Part shown: positions 1-8,050 of the stretch, one piece after another
Position numbering within the stretch: position 1 is the stretch's first letter
How the letters are laid out: each line of letters opens with the position of its first letter
NCBI GenBank assembly: GCA_963666985.2
Contig: CAXXIA010000001.1
Coordinates: forward strand, 832,001 to 896,000
Direction: 5' to 3'
Source of the DNA: Spirochaetia bacterium
GTDB lineage: Bacteria; Spirochaetota; Spirochaetia; DSM-2461
DNA: 64,000 nucleotides
The notes under the pieces: model-generated
Seen by the model: the letters and a program-made list of their open reading frames with translations, nothing else
Told to the model about the DNA's origin: nothing
The model's database searches: none
Program-made: the position numbers and the translations under genes

Positions 1-159
1 CTGTACATGATGGGCTCATCACTGGGAGCGGCTATGGGGGCAACGGCGGGAGCGGTGGCGGGGGATAAACCCGGCGCAATCGTCGGCGCGGCGGCCGGGG
101 CGGCTTTCGGAACGGTCATCACGACAATCGTTCGAGAAGTTCTAAATAGGAATGAATAG
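1..159 (+). CDS. 3' end of a glycine-zipper membrane protein (5' truncated by window edge)
   Basis: Frame 1 reads LYMMGSSLGAAMGATAGAVAGDKPGAIVGAAAGAAFGTVITTIVREVLNRNE*, with repeated GxxxG-type motifs. Not in the ORF track. Confidence 0.7.
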   Translation: MYMMGSSLGAAMGATAGAVAGDKPGAIVGAAAGAAFGTVITTIVREVLNRNE

Positions 160-281
160 CGAGCAACATCTCTGATGAGGGACTGGATTACACGGGATCG
201 AAGAAGTGCGGATCCAAGTGATAAATGGAAGGGCCTGTAGAGATAGGAACGCGATTCTGATCAGAAACAGATAACGAAAAA

Positions 282-351
282 AGACGGAGACCCGGGGAAA
301 GCCATCCCCGAGCAGGTGTAGGCGCACCTACGGAATAGTCCGCCACCGTCT
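282..351 (+). ncRNA. Candidate structured RNA upstream of the DNA MTase
   Basis: Outer stem AGACGG(282-287)/CCGTCT(346-351) encloses hairpins CGGGGA/TCCCCG (293-310) and AGGTGT/GCACCT (314-329). Confidence 0.35.
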
Positions 352-391
352 ATCATATTTTCGGTGGAAAATTCCATGCTCTTGATCCGTC

Positions 392-1195
392 ATGGAGGAA
401 AGAGTGAAAACGCCTTTGACTTATTACGGAGGGAAGCAGCAGCTTGCATCGAAAATTGTTGAACTTATACCGGAGCACCGGCTTTACTGCGAACCGTTTG
501 TGGGAGGAGGGGCCGTATTTTTTAGAAAAGAACCTTCGGAAGTTGAAGTCATTAACGACATAAACAATGAGCTCATCAATTTCTACGAAGTCATCAAGCA
601 CGATTTCGTGAGTCTTGAGAAAGAAGTTCAAATCAGTCTTCACAGTCGAGACCTTCATCGGCAGGCATCGGTCATTTACAACAATCCGGACATGTTTCCC
701 AAACTCAAACGAGCCTGGGCAATCTGGGTGTTGGCTTCCCAATCGTATGGAGCAAAACTGGATTCCTCCTTCGGATATGACAGATCCGGAGCGACGTCTA
801 AAACCATTCGTCGGAAACGGGATGCCTTTACTGTCGACTATGCCTTTCGTCTTCAGGATGTGCAAATCGAATGCGCCGATGCACTCCGGATTATTCGGAG
901 TCGAGATTCCGCCGATTCTTTCTTTTATTGTGATCCGCCATATGTTGGAACCGATATGGGCCATTATGACGGGTACACCGATGATGATTTCCGAGCGCTT
1001 CTATCGGTACTCGAAGAGATCGAAGGAAAGTTTATTCTTAGTTCTTTCCGAAATGCTGACCTTTCTAATGTTGCTACCCGGAAGGGCTGGGATTCCTTTG
1101 AAATCCGAATGTCCAAGCCAATGTCGAGTAATCGTGATGGAACCAAAAAATCGAAAGTTGAAGTACTGACAGCAAATTTCCCGATAGATTCTTGA
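392..1195 (+). CDS. Orphan DNA adenine methyltransferase, D12/Dam-like class
   Basis: Motifs YYGGK, EPFVGGG (SAM binding), INDIN and catalytic DPPY. No adjacent endonuclease. Confidence 0.92.
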   Translation: MEERVKTPLTYYGGKQQLASKIVELIPEHRLYCEPFVGGGAVFFRKEPSEVEVINDINNELINFYEVIKHDFVSLEKEVQISLHSRDLHRQASVIYNNPDMFPKLKRAWAIWVLASQSYGAKLDSSFGYDRSGATSKTIRRKRDAFTVDYAFRLQDVQIECADALRIIRSRDSADSFFYCDPPYVGTDMGHYDGYTDDDFRALLSVLEEIEGKFILSSFRNADLSNVATRKGWDSFEIRMSKPMSSNRDGTKKSKVEVLTANFPIDS

Positions 1196-1250
1196 AGCCG
1201 GTTAAAACAGGATATCCTTCTTGGAATCTCCTGTTGAGATTTGGACGTAC

Positions 1251-1279
1251 TTGATAGGTATCGTTCAATCTTCGATATT
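1251..1279 (+). promoter_or_regulatory. Putative sigma70 promoter of the SRAP gene
   Basis: TTGATA-17 bp-GATATT, 6 nt before ATG 1286. Confidence 0.45.
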
Positions 1280-1285
1280 AGGGAT

Positions 1286-2017
1286 ATGTGTGTTAATGCT
1301 TCACTAGTCGAGATTGCAGAGATTATCGAAGAAATCTATGGAGTAAAAATGCCTCAAGAACACTTCGAACAACCTGCCTATTATGTCTCGGCCTATGAGC
1401 ATCCCAAATGGCCGATCTTGAAACAGGGAGAGACCGAGACCTTTAGACCTGCCGCCTGGGGGCTTATACCATCATGGATAAAGGATACTGACGCAGCCTC
1501 TTCGATTAGGGACAAGACCATTAATGCCAGACTTGAAAGTATTGATTCCAAACCATCTTTTCGATCGTTAGTTGATTCTCGAAGATGCGGTGTTCTATTG
1601 GATAGCTTTGTTGAATGGAGAAGCTTCAACGGGAAAAAATATCCTTATCGAATAGGATTACCGGAAAATCGTCCTTTCTTGATAGCTGGGTTATGGGATA
1701 GATGGCACGTGTCCGAAAGCGATTCAATGATTGAAACATTCACTGTAATCACAGTTGAAGCTCAAGGTATACCAGCACAGGTGCATAATACTAAACTTCG
1801 GATGCCCTTGATTCTTAGTCGCACCGTTGGGCAAGCTTGGCTTGATTTAGATAGGTCGTTTACAGCATGCAAAGATTCCATAACACCACTTTTTCGACCA
1901 CTGGAAGCATGGCCAATTTCCCGGGATATTTCTGTGAGGGGAAAGGACAAGAACGTTCCAGGTATTCTTGATCGTTTTGAGTATCCAGAATTACCGGCCC
2001 TTGAGCCGGTTCAATGA
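1286..2017 (+). CDS. SOS response-associated peptidase (SRAP; YedK/HMCES family abasic-site protein)
   Basis: Start moved to ATG 1286 so that Cys is residue 2 (MCVN), as the family requires. Motifs [30 protein letters not shown]. Confidence 0.92.
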   Translation: MCVNASLVEIAEIIEEIYGVKMPQEHFEQPAYYVSAYEHPKWPILKQGETETFRPAAWGLIPSWIKDTDAASSIRDKTINARLESIDSKPSFRSLVDSRRCGVLLDSFVEWRSFNGKKYPYRIGLPENRPFLIAGLWDRWHVSESDSMIETFTVITVEAQGIPAQVHNTKLRMPLILSRTVGQAWLDLDRSFTACKDSITPLFRPLEAWPISRDISVRGKDKNVPGILDRFEYPELPALEPVQ

Positions 2018-3270
2018 GCATAAGCCACTGGAAGATCGTTCCAACATGTGGTGTATCTCGGAGATAAGAATTCTCTGCGCATGTGCCAGTCCGCATCAAA
2101 ACGTGTGGCTCGACAATGCAATGCGTCCCGACCGAATTTCGCTGTAACTTTGTCTACAGCTTCCATTATTGCAGCTTTACGAGGATCAGGCTCTCTGAAT
2201 AAATCGCCTTGGCGACCTGATCGGTTCTCGATCCCCGAGAGGAAAACCGAAACCTTTTTGTATTTATAACCGGGCTTGAAAATCTCTTCGATACCTTTCT
2301 TGGCGGCTGCAGCTAGAGTAGGGAGGTAGTCGGTAGGTTCGTCGAGCGTAATGGTTCTATTTGCAGAGTATTGACGATCGCTTTTCTTGAAATAGTTTGT
2401 TGTCAATATCACATCGACGATTGAACAAATCGAATCCTGTGCACGAAGTTTCTCTGCCGCTCTCATTGCGTAGTCGACTACAGCTTCCTTGAGATCGGCC
2501 AGATTAGTTACCGGATGACCGAAACTTTTTGAACTCATGATACCTTTTTTGGCAGGCGGTACTTCTTCAAGTGAGATGGAAGGGCGACCTCGAAGTTCCC
2601 ACACGATCCGTAGACCTGTAATGGTGAGGCGTTGCTTTGCCCATGCATCGTCGACATTTTTCAGATCAAGGGCTGTGGTAATTCCTCGTGTCTGTAGGCG
2701 TGTCGCAAGTCCCCGGGAAATACCCCATATGTCTTCAACGGGTGTTTTGTTCAGAATGCTATTTATCGTGTCTTCTTCAGGGCCAAGGGTAAATACTCCG
2801 TCAGGTTTGTTTTTTGCATGCTTTGCGGCGATTTTTGCAAGTACCTTTGTCTGGGCAATTCCTATCGATGTTGGGATACCGATTCCGAAATACACATCGT
2901 TTCGGAGTGTACGGCACAGTATCTCTGGACTATCCGGATGTCCGTCGAGAATCAGAAAAGCCTCATCAATAGAATAGACTTCCATCTTTGGTACTTGTGA
3001 GTCCAGAAGGTCCATTATCCGCCGGGAAAGGTTTGCGTATAGTGCATAATTAGAACTGAACACGGTGATGTCTTCCCTCTCAATTATTTCACGTGCTTTG
3101 AAGAGGGGGAGTCCACGTGGAATACCGAGATTCTTTGCTTCTCTGGAGAGCGCTACAATGCAGCCATCATTATTAGAGAGAACAACAATCGGTTTGTTTT
3201 TTAGATCCGGCCGAAAAACTCGTTCGCATGCCGCGTAAAACGAATTGCAATCGATGAGCGCAACGGTCAT
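2011..3270 (-). CDS. umuC: Y-family DNA polymerase V catalytic subunit
   Basis: [26 protein letters not shown] and the UmuC-type C-terminus [16 protein letters not shown]. Confidence 0.96.
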   Translation of the reverse strand: MTVALIDCNSFYAACERVFRPDLKNKPIVVLSNNDGCIVALSREAKNLGIPRGLPLFKAREIIEREDITVFSSNYALYANLSRRIMDLLDSQVPKMEVYSIDEAFLILDGHPDSPEILCRTLRNDVYFGIGIPTSIGIAQTKVLAKIAAKHAKNKPDGVFTLGPEEDTINSILNKTPVEDIWGISRGLATRLQTRGITTALDLKNVDDAWAKQRLTITGLRIVWELRGRPSISLEEVPPAKKGIMSSKSFGHPVTNLADLKEAVVDYAMRAAEKLRAQDSICSIVDVILTTNYFKKSDRQYSANRTITLDEPTDYLPTLAAAAKKGIEEIFKPGYKYKKVSVFLSGIENRSGRQGDLFREPDPRKAAIMEAVDKVTAKFGRDALHCRATRFDADWHMRREFLSPRYTTCWNDLPVAYAH

Positions 3271-3707
3271 CGGCGGTTGGCTGCCCGGAAGCTTGTAATG
3301 GAATGAGTGACCACACCGATGATAGTTAAGTCGGAGGCATCATCGATGGCTAGTACCGGATATGCAGGATTCTCAGGAGCTAAAACGTACCGCCCTTGGT
3401 CAACTCGCAAACGTTTGACTGTAAATTCACCATCTAAGGCCGCGACAACAATATCACCCGGCCGTGCTAGTAGCCCCCGATTTACCACAAGAAGGTCGTT
3501 ATTTTGAATCCCGGCTCCAATCATCGATTCGCCTGTTACTCTCATAACCACTGTTACTGGTGGATCTGCAATGAGGAGGCGGTTGAAATCCAATTCTTCC
3601 TCCGCATAGTCGTCCGCTGGCGAGGGAAAACCAGCAGGAACACAAACCGAGAAGCTCGGGATAGACTGAGTTGTTTCTTTCTCAAATACTGCGGACATAC
3701 TATTCAT
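3267..3707 (-). CDS. umuD: DNA polymerase V subunit UmuD (S24 autopeptidase)
   Basis: AGFPSPA cleavage motif, GESM (Ser) and FTVKRL (Lys). Overlaps the umuC start by 4 bp. Confidence 0.95.
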   Translation of the reverse strand: MNSMSAVFEKETTQSIPSFSVCVPAGFPSPADDYAEEELDFNRLLIADPPVTVVMRVTGESMIGAGIQNNDLLVVNRGLLARPGDIVVAALDGEFTVKRLRVDQGRYVLAPENPAYPVLAIDDASDLTIIGVVTHSITSFRAANRR

Positions 3708-3897
3708 ATGTTATGTATAATAGATGATATTATGTGATGCAATACTGATATCGAAAAAGGGGGAGGCGTTGGTAGGCCATGGCTCTTTTTTCACAGATAA
3801 TCATTCATAATCAGAGAGGAATCAAAGAAACTCGCCTCTGTTAAGGGCTCGATTTTAGCGCCTAATATGGATCTAAATGGTGCCGAGTTTTTCTTCA

Positions 3898-5160
3898 TTA
3901 GTCACGGAAAGAGCCCTCAATCATTCTCCGTTGGGCCTGAGCTACAATCTGAAGATCCTGAGGAAGCATATCATCATAGTGTTCAGTCATTTCATCCGAG
4001 TCATGGCCAGTGAATCTCTGAATCACAGCGTTGTCGACCTGCGCCCGCCGGAGGAGTGTGTTGAAATATCGTCGACTTGAGTGGAAAGTTATGTTTCGCG
4101 CTTCTCTGTCTTTAATCTCTATGCCTTCCTCTTCCATACGAGTATATAGCCAATCTCGAAGGCGGTTCGAAGAGATCGGGTGCTCTTGACGGGGATGAAA
4201 GGAGAAAACATATCGTGCGGAGCCAGTGAGGTATGGCTCCAGGGCCGTACGGAGTTCTTGGGTAATCGGAATATTTCTGGTGTCTTTATCTTTTACGAGT
4301 GTTCGAGATTTTACCCTGGAATTATATTGTCTCGAAATAGCCAGATAGGACATCTGAACCTCCCTATCACCTTGTCGTACTATGATGTCCCGAACATCGT
4401 CAGTGAAGAGCCCGCAGACTTCGCCAATTCGGAGCCCGGTCAGAAAAGCAACACGAACTGCGGTGAAGTATAGCCTATCTCTCTCTGTAGAAAGATTGCC
4501 AAGGGTGGGGTCTAGGAGGCGGCCGCCTTCTGCTAACGTGAGTCCTCCTCGCTTGTTCTTTTCAATTGCTAAGGGTCGAACCATTCGCCAAGGATTGAAA
4601 AAATCGGCCTTGGGGTTTCTCATCTTTCGCTCTCGTTCATACTCGCTCATCATCCTTGAGTAGACCGATTTTCGATTATTGGCTGTTTTATGTGAGGCCC
4701 CGTCGGTGATCCACTTCATAAGCAATTGTTCGCAATCAAAAGGACTGATATCTTCAATAGGCCGATTCCCGTGGTAAGGGCGGATATGCTGTTCATAAAC
4801 ACCGCGGGCGTGGGAAATGTAGGACTCAGTTATCCCAGGACGATCGGCAGGAGAATGAACCAGTACGTCTCGAACAAAAGAGGAACGGCGCCAATCCCAG
4901 AAATGATGCACTTCGGCCCATTCCTCAAGCGTTGGGGAGTCAGATTCTTCTAGTCCGCCTGATTCAAGAAGCTGTATGCAGTAAGCCTCGGCCTCTCGTC
5001 GCGTCCGCGCACGATCTTTCTGGCGAGTGTAACCAATTCCCGTAGACTTCGAGATACGTTGTCCATCTGTGTTGTAGATGTAACAGTACCAGACAATTGC
5101 GTCCTTATTTTTTCGTGAATAAAGACTGTATTCTTTCTCTCGATAGGCCGCCATCTTCAC
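3898..5160 (-). CDS. Tyrosine recombinase / site-specific integrase
   Basis: Catalytic signature TGLRIGE, FHSSRR, TGHDS...HY. 420 aa, with an N-terminal arm-binding-like region. Confidence 0.93.
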   Translation of the reverse strand: MKMAAYREKEYSLYSRKNKDAIVWYCYIYNTDGQRISKSTGIGYTRQKDRARTRREAEAYCIQLLESGGLEESDSPTLEEWAEVHHFWDWRRSSFVRDVLVHSPADRPGITESYISHARGVYEQHIRPYHGNRPIEDISPFDCEQLLMKWITDGASHKTANNRKSVYSRMMSEYERERKMRNPKADFFNPWRMVRPLAIEKNKRGGLTLAEGGRLLDPTLGNLSTERDRLYFTAVRVAFLTGLRIGEVCGLFTDDVRDIIVRQGDREVQMSYLAISRQYNSRVKSRTLVKDKDTRNIPITQELRTALEPYLTGSARYVFSFHPRQEHPISSNRLRDWLYTRMEEEGIEIKDREARNITFHSSRRYFNTLLRRAQVDNAVIQRFTGHDSDEMTEHYDDMLPQDLQIVAQAQRRMIEGSFRD

Positions 5161-5208
5161 GCCCCCAGGCGGATTTCACGATCATTCTGATGTCATATTT
5201 GATGTCGC

Positions 5209-5236
5209 AAAAAAAAGGTAGCCGTAAATAGCTACC
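5209..5236 (-). terminator. Intrinsic terminator downstream of tmRNA
   Basis: Minus strand reads GGTAGC-TATTTACG-GCTACC followed by T8. Confidence 0.75.
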
Positions 5237-5253
5237 CTGTCAAGAATTAAAAA

Positions 5254-5627
5254 TGGAGGTGGGGGGAATCGAACCCCCGTCCGAAAGGGCGTCTGACGCA
5301 CATCTACAGGTTTAGTCCACCGATGGATTTTCGAGCACGGGTTAGGCGGTTGACGTCCGCCCGGGCCTTATCCTGAAAAAATGTCCCGCTTAGGCTTCAG
5401 GCCGGATAAGCGGTCAGTCCCGGTTTTTGGCGGAGCATCCGTCCCTCGGAACAGCGTGACGGAGATCCGTGGCAGCTATGATTAAGCGGCCAGGGCGAGG
5501 GCGCCGTCGAACTCGACGACGATCTCATCTTCTTTTTTGGCACTTAAAGGTGTGCGCCGGTTTAAGGAGTCGGCTCTCCACCTGCAGTACGACCTACGGA
5601 ACCTCCCGTCGAAGCCAGGGCACCCCC
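5254..5627 (-). ncRNA. ssrA: tmRNA
   Basis: 5' end GGGGGTGCCCTGGCTTCGAC and 3' end GGGGGTTCGATTCCCCCCACCTCCA. Acceptor stem has G3:U and discriminator A; CCA is not encoded. Contains an internal tag ORF and lies next to smpB. Confidence 0.97.
5482..5541 (-). other. tmRNA proteolysis tag reading frame, (A)AKKEDEIVVEFDGALALAA*
   Basis: Resume codon GCC after TTAAGT; ends LALAA then TAA. Confidence 0.85.
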
Positions 5628-5671
5628 GGCAAAAAATCAAATAAGCGGGCCGTCGCCGCTATCGGCAAACT

Positions 5672-5700
5672 AAACTACTCCTAAGAAAGTCTTGAGTCAA
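5672..5700 (-). promoter_or_regulatory. Putative sigma70 promoter of ssrA
   Basis: TTGACT-17 bp-TAGTTT, about 45 bp upstream of the mature 5' end. Confidence 0.6.
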
Positions 5701-5781
5701 GTTTTATCGGAGGCTTATCGATAAGGTTCGGCATTCTCACCCTCGCCGCAAAAAACAACAGTCAACAAGCCGCCGGTGTTT

Positions 5782-6255
5782 TCAGCGGGTTCTGAATTCT
5801 CTGTCCATGTCCCGCTGGATGTCGCGCTGTTTAATGGAATCGCGTTTATCGTGCATCTTCTTTCCCCGGCACACGCCCACTTCAACTTTTACAATTCCTG
5901 ATGAAAGGTAAAACTTCAGCGGAATGAGCGTAACGCCTTTTTCATTGACGCGCCGTTCGAGTTTGAGGATTTCCTTTTTATGCGCCAGAAGGCGTCTGGG
6001 CCTATCGCTGGCGTGGTTGAAAACACCGCCTCGTTCATAAGGAGTGATTTGAAGATTGCGCATCCAAAGCTCGCCGCCGCGGACTTCGACATACGCGTCG
6101 GTGAAACTGAAATGAGCCGATTTGATGGACTTCACTTCCGTGCCGACCAATTCGATTCCGCATTCCAATGAATCTTCTATGATGTAGAGAAATCGAGCTT
6201 TCCTGTTGTCACCCAGAAGACCGGGCGTTTTGCCTTTTTTCTTTTTTGCGCCCAT
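5782..6255 (-). CDS. smpB: SsrA-binding protein
   Basis: NRKARF, GIELVGTEVKS, RRLLAHKKEI, GKKMHDKR. Confidence 0.98.
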   Translation of the reverse strand: MGAKKKKGKTPGLLGDNRKARFLYIIEDSLECGIELVGTEVKSIKSAHFSFTDAYVEVRGGELWMRNLQITPYERGGVFNHASDRPRRLLAHKKEILKLERRVNEKGVTLIPLKFYLSSGIVKVEVGVCRGKKMHDKRDSIKQRDIQRDMDREFRTR

Positions 6256-6348
6256 GACGCCGAGGATAGTGGCACATGGGGCCTTCGGTCGTCAATCGAG
6301 AGCCTCAAAAAATATCCTCTTGGTTCGAATGAGGGTTTTGCAAGTGCA

Positions 6349-7986
6349 TCATTCGACGATGACGAGTCGGAATCCTATAACGGGGCTTGCTGTTTCAGGG
6401 CGGAGTCCTCCGCGGACAGCCGCGGGATAGGAGAGCTTTCCGTCGATATAAGCGCCTCCGCGGACCGTGCGTTCGGGCGCGGCGAGGGCCGCATCGGAAG
6501 CTTGAAAGGAAGGTCCGCCCGTTTTTCCGTAGAGGTATTCGTTTCGTCTGTAAGGATTGGAACACCATTCTCTGACGTTCCCGGCCATTCCTTTCAGGCC
6601 TAAAGTTCCGCCGTCGGCGGCCGAAACATTTTTCAGGCCGGCATCAAGTTCGGAGACATCCTCAACGATACGATTCAGCCTGGCGGCGATTTCCCATTCA
6701 TCTTCCCGAGGAAGTTCGGCGTGCAAGTTCGTTCCCGCCAAGTAGGTTTTTGTAAACCAGTCGGCATACGCTTCGGCGGCATGCCACGAAACACCGGTAA
6801 CGGGTTCACGAGCGGTTTCCGAGGGAGGGGGCGTTGAGGTCCATGAGGAAAGATAATCTTCGTCGGCCAGGCCCGACTGTATCAAGGAGTCAATGTTTTC
6901 CAAAGACCATTCGGGGCTGGCTTCGAGAAAGAGTGAGAAATCACCGTTGCTGATTTCCGTCGTTCCGATGAGGTAGGAGGAAACCGAAGCCGGAGTCGGA
7001 TAAGCTCCCGAACGCGGCATATATCCGTCGTTAACGGCTTCAATATCACCTATGAAAGCATCGGCGGCCGGAATGGAAACGAATCGAAGATTTCCGATGC
7101 TTCGCTGCGTAAGATTGGAGGAAAGAGGTGCCTTTTCATAATATTCGGCCGCCGAATGAGCGATTTTCACAACTCCCTCTTCGGCCTCCGCATACAAATC
7201 GGACCAGCCGAAGGACTTCGCCGTTTCGTCATCCATGCACATCACGACACCGGAAAACGAGACTGTCCCGGCATGAAGCATTTCGGCGGCCGAGTCAATC
7301 GCTGCAAGAAGCGATACGGCACTGAACGGAGCGCCGCCGCCCGCCCGTATGATTTCAGAACGAACTAGATCGGCAAGATGCCGTTCGTCCGAGGCCAACG
7401 GAAGCGCGGCTTCGATGAGTCCGTCCGCGGGATTCTTCGCGGCAACGGCGTCTCTGGCCGCTTTCGTCAGTGAAGGCGGAATGGCGTAATGATCCCGCTC
7501 TTTACCGGTGGCGGCCCACAAGGCAAACTCCCGGAATTCTCCGGCAAAAGGCCGCTCCTCCGGTTGGGGCTCAAGGACCACCGAAACGGATTGTTTCCTG
7601 GGAAAAAGACGTGAAGCGAAAATTCGGCCTTTCACGGTGATTGTGCTTTCATGCGTGATGAAGCCCGGCCGCATGACAATCAGGGATTTCTCTCCCTTCG
7701 GAGCAAAAACAGATTCGCCCGAGGCTCCGAGACGAATTCCGTCGACGATAACCGACGCATCGGCGGGAGAACTGTCGACGGTCAGGACGGTCCCGTTTTT
7801 GCGTATTCCGGGAAGAACGAGGAGGAGAAAAAGAATCAGGGCTGCAAGAAATGCCCAGACGATACGGACATAAACGCGGGGTTCAATTCCGAGAATCGGC
7901 GTGAGTACAACCTTAATATCTTCGATGGGGACTTCATAATCCCCGTTTTTACTGTGATTCGGCGCAGTTTTTTTCCCTATCGGCAT
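6349..7986 (-). CDS. Membrane-anchored PEGA + FGE-sulfatase (SUMF1/PvdO-like) domain protein
   Basis: N-terminal TM, PEGA-like segment (VDSSPADASVIVDG), TEISN, PVTGVSW, LPREDEWE, MAGNVREW, RGG, GFRLV. Start set to ATG 7986 behind a promoter. Confidence 0.8.
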   Translation of the reverse strand: MPIGKKTAPNHSKNGDYEVPIEDIKVVLTPILGIEPRVYVRIVWAFLAALILFLLLVLPGIRKNGTVLTVDSSPADASVIVDGIRLGASGESVFAPKGEKSLIVMRPGFITHESTITVKGRIFASRLFPRKQSVSVVLEPQPEERPFAGEFREFALWAATGKERDHYAIPPSLTKAARDAVAAKNPADGLIEAALPLASDERHLADLVRSEIIRAGGGAPFSAVSLLAAIDSAAEMLHAGTVSFSGVVMCMDDETAKSFGWSDLYAEAEEGVVKIAHSAAEYYEKAPLSSNLTQRSIGNLRFVSIPAADAFIGDIEAVNDGYMPRSGAYPTPASVSSYLIGTTEISNGDFSLFLEASPEWSLENIDSLIQSGLADEDYLSSWTSTPPPSETAREPVTGVSWHAAEAYADWFTKTYLAGTNLHAELPREDEWEIAARLNRIVEDVSELDAGLKNVSAADGGTLGLKGMAGNVREWCSNPYRRNEYLYGKTGGPSFQASDAALAAPERTVRGGAYIDGKLSYPAAVRGGLRPETASPVIGFRLVIVE

Positions 7987-7992
7987 GGGAGG

Positions 7993-8022
7993 ATTATAGG
8001 TTCCGCCGAAAACTGTGGTCAA
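7993..8022 (-). promoter_or_regulatory. sigma70 promoter of the PEGA/FGE gene
   Basis: TTGACC-18 bp-TATAAT, 6 nt before ATG 7986. Confidence 0.7.
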
Positions 8023-8035
8023 TAATCCTCCTCGT

Positions 8036-8044
8036 TGTTAGGAT
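8036..8044 (+). promoter_or_regulatory. Putative extended -10 promoter of the lepB operon
   Basis: TG-T-TAGGAT, 6 nt before GTG 8051. Confidence 0.45.
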
Positions 8045-8050
8045 AAAGAT

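Larger units (their letters stand above)
1..5253. mobile_element. End of an integrative element/prophage inserted at the tmRNA 3' end (continues left of the window)
   Basis: Tyrosine integrase about 90 bp from the tmRNA 3' end. Cargo is typical of prophages and islands (orphan MTase, SRAP, umuDC). CTAG occurs 6 times in 5.2 kb versus about 7 found by eye in the other 59 kb. The other att site is not in the window. Confidence 0.85.

Noticed and set aside
1241..1285. ORF-track start for SRAP (and long starts for rimP, lptF, lptG, tgt, greA, dut, queA)
   Set aside because: Downstream starts fit family N-termini, SD sites or gene overlaps better.
392..2017. Type II restriction-modification pair
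   Set aside because: The gene after the MTase is a SRAP protein, not an endonuclease.
3753..3791. Possible terminator between integrase and umuD
   Set aside because: The stem is too interrupted to call.
5254..5300. Stand-alone tRNA gene
   Set aside because: The T-arm and acceptor half belong to tmRNA; there is no anticodon arm.
5469..5684. 71 aa plus-strand ORF
   Set aside because: Antisense to tmRNA, with no coding features.
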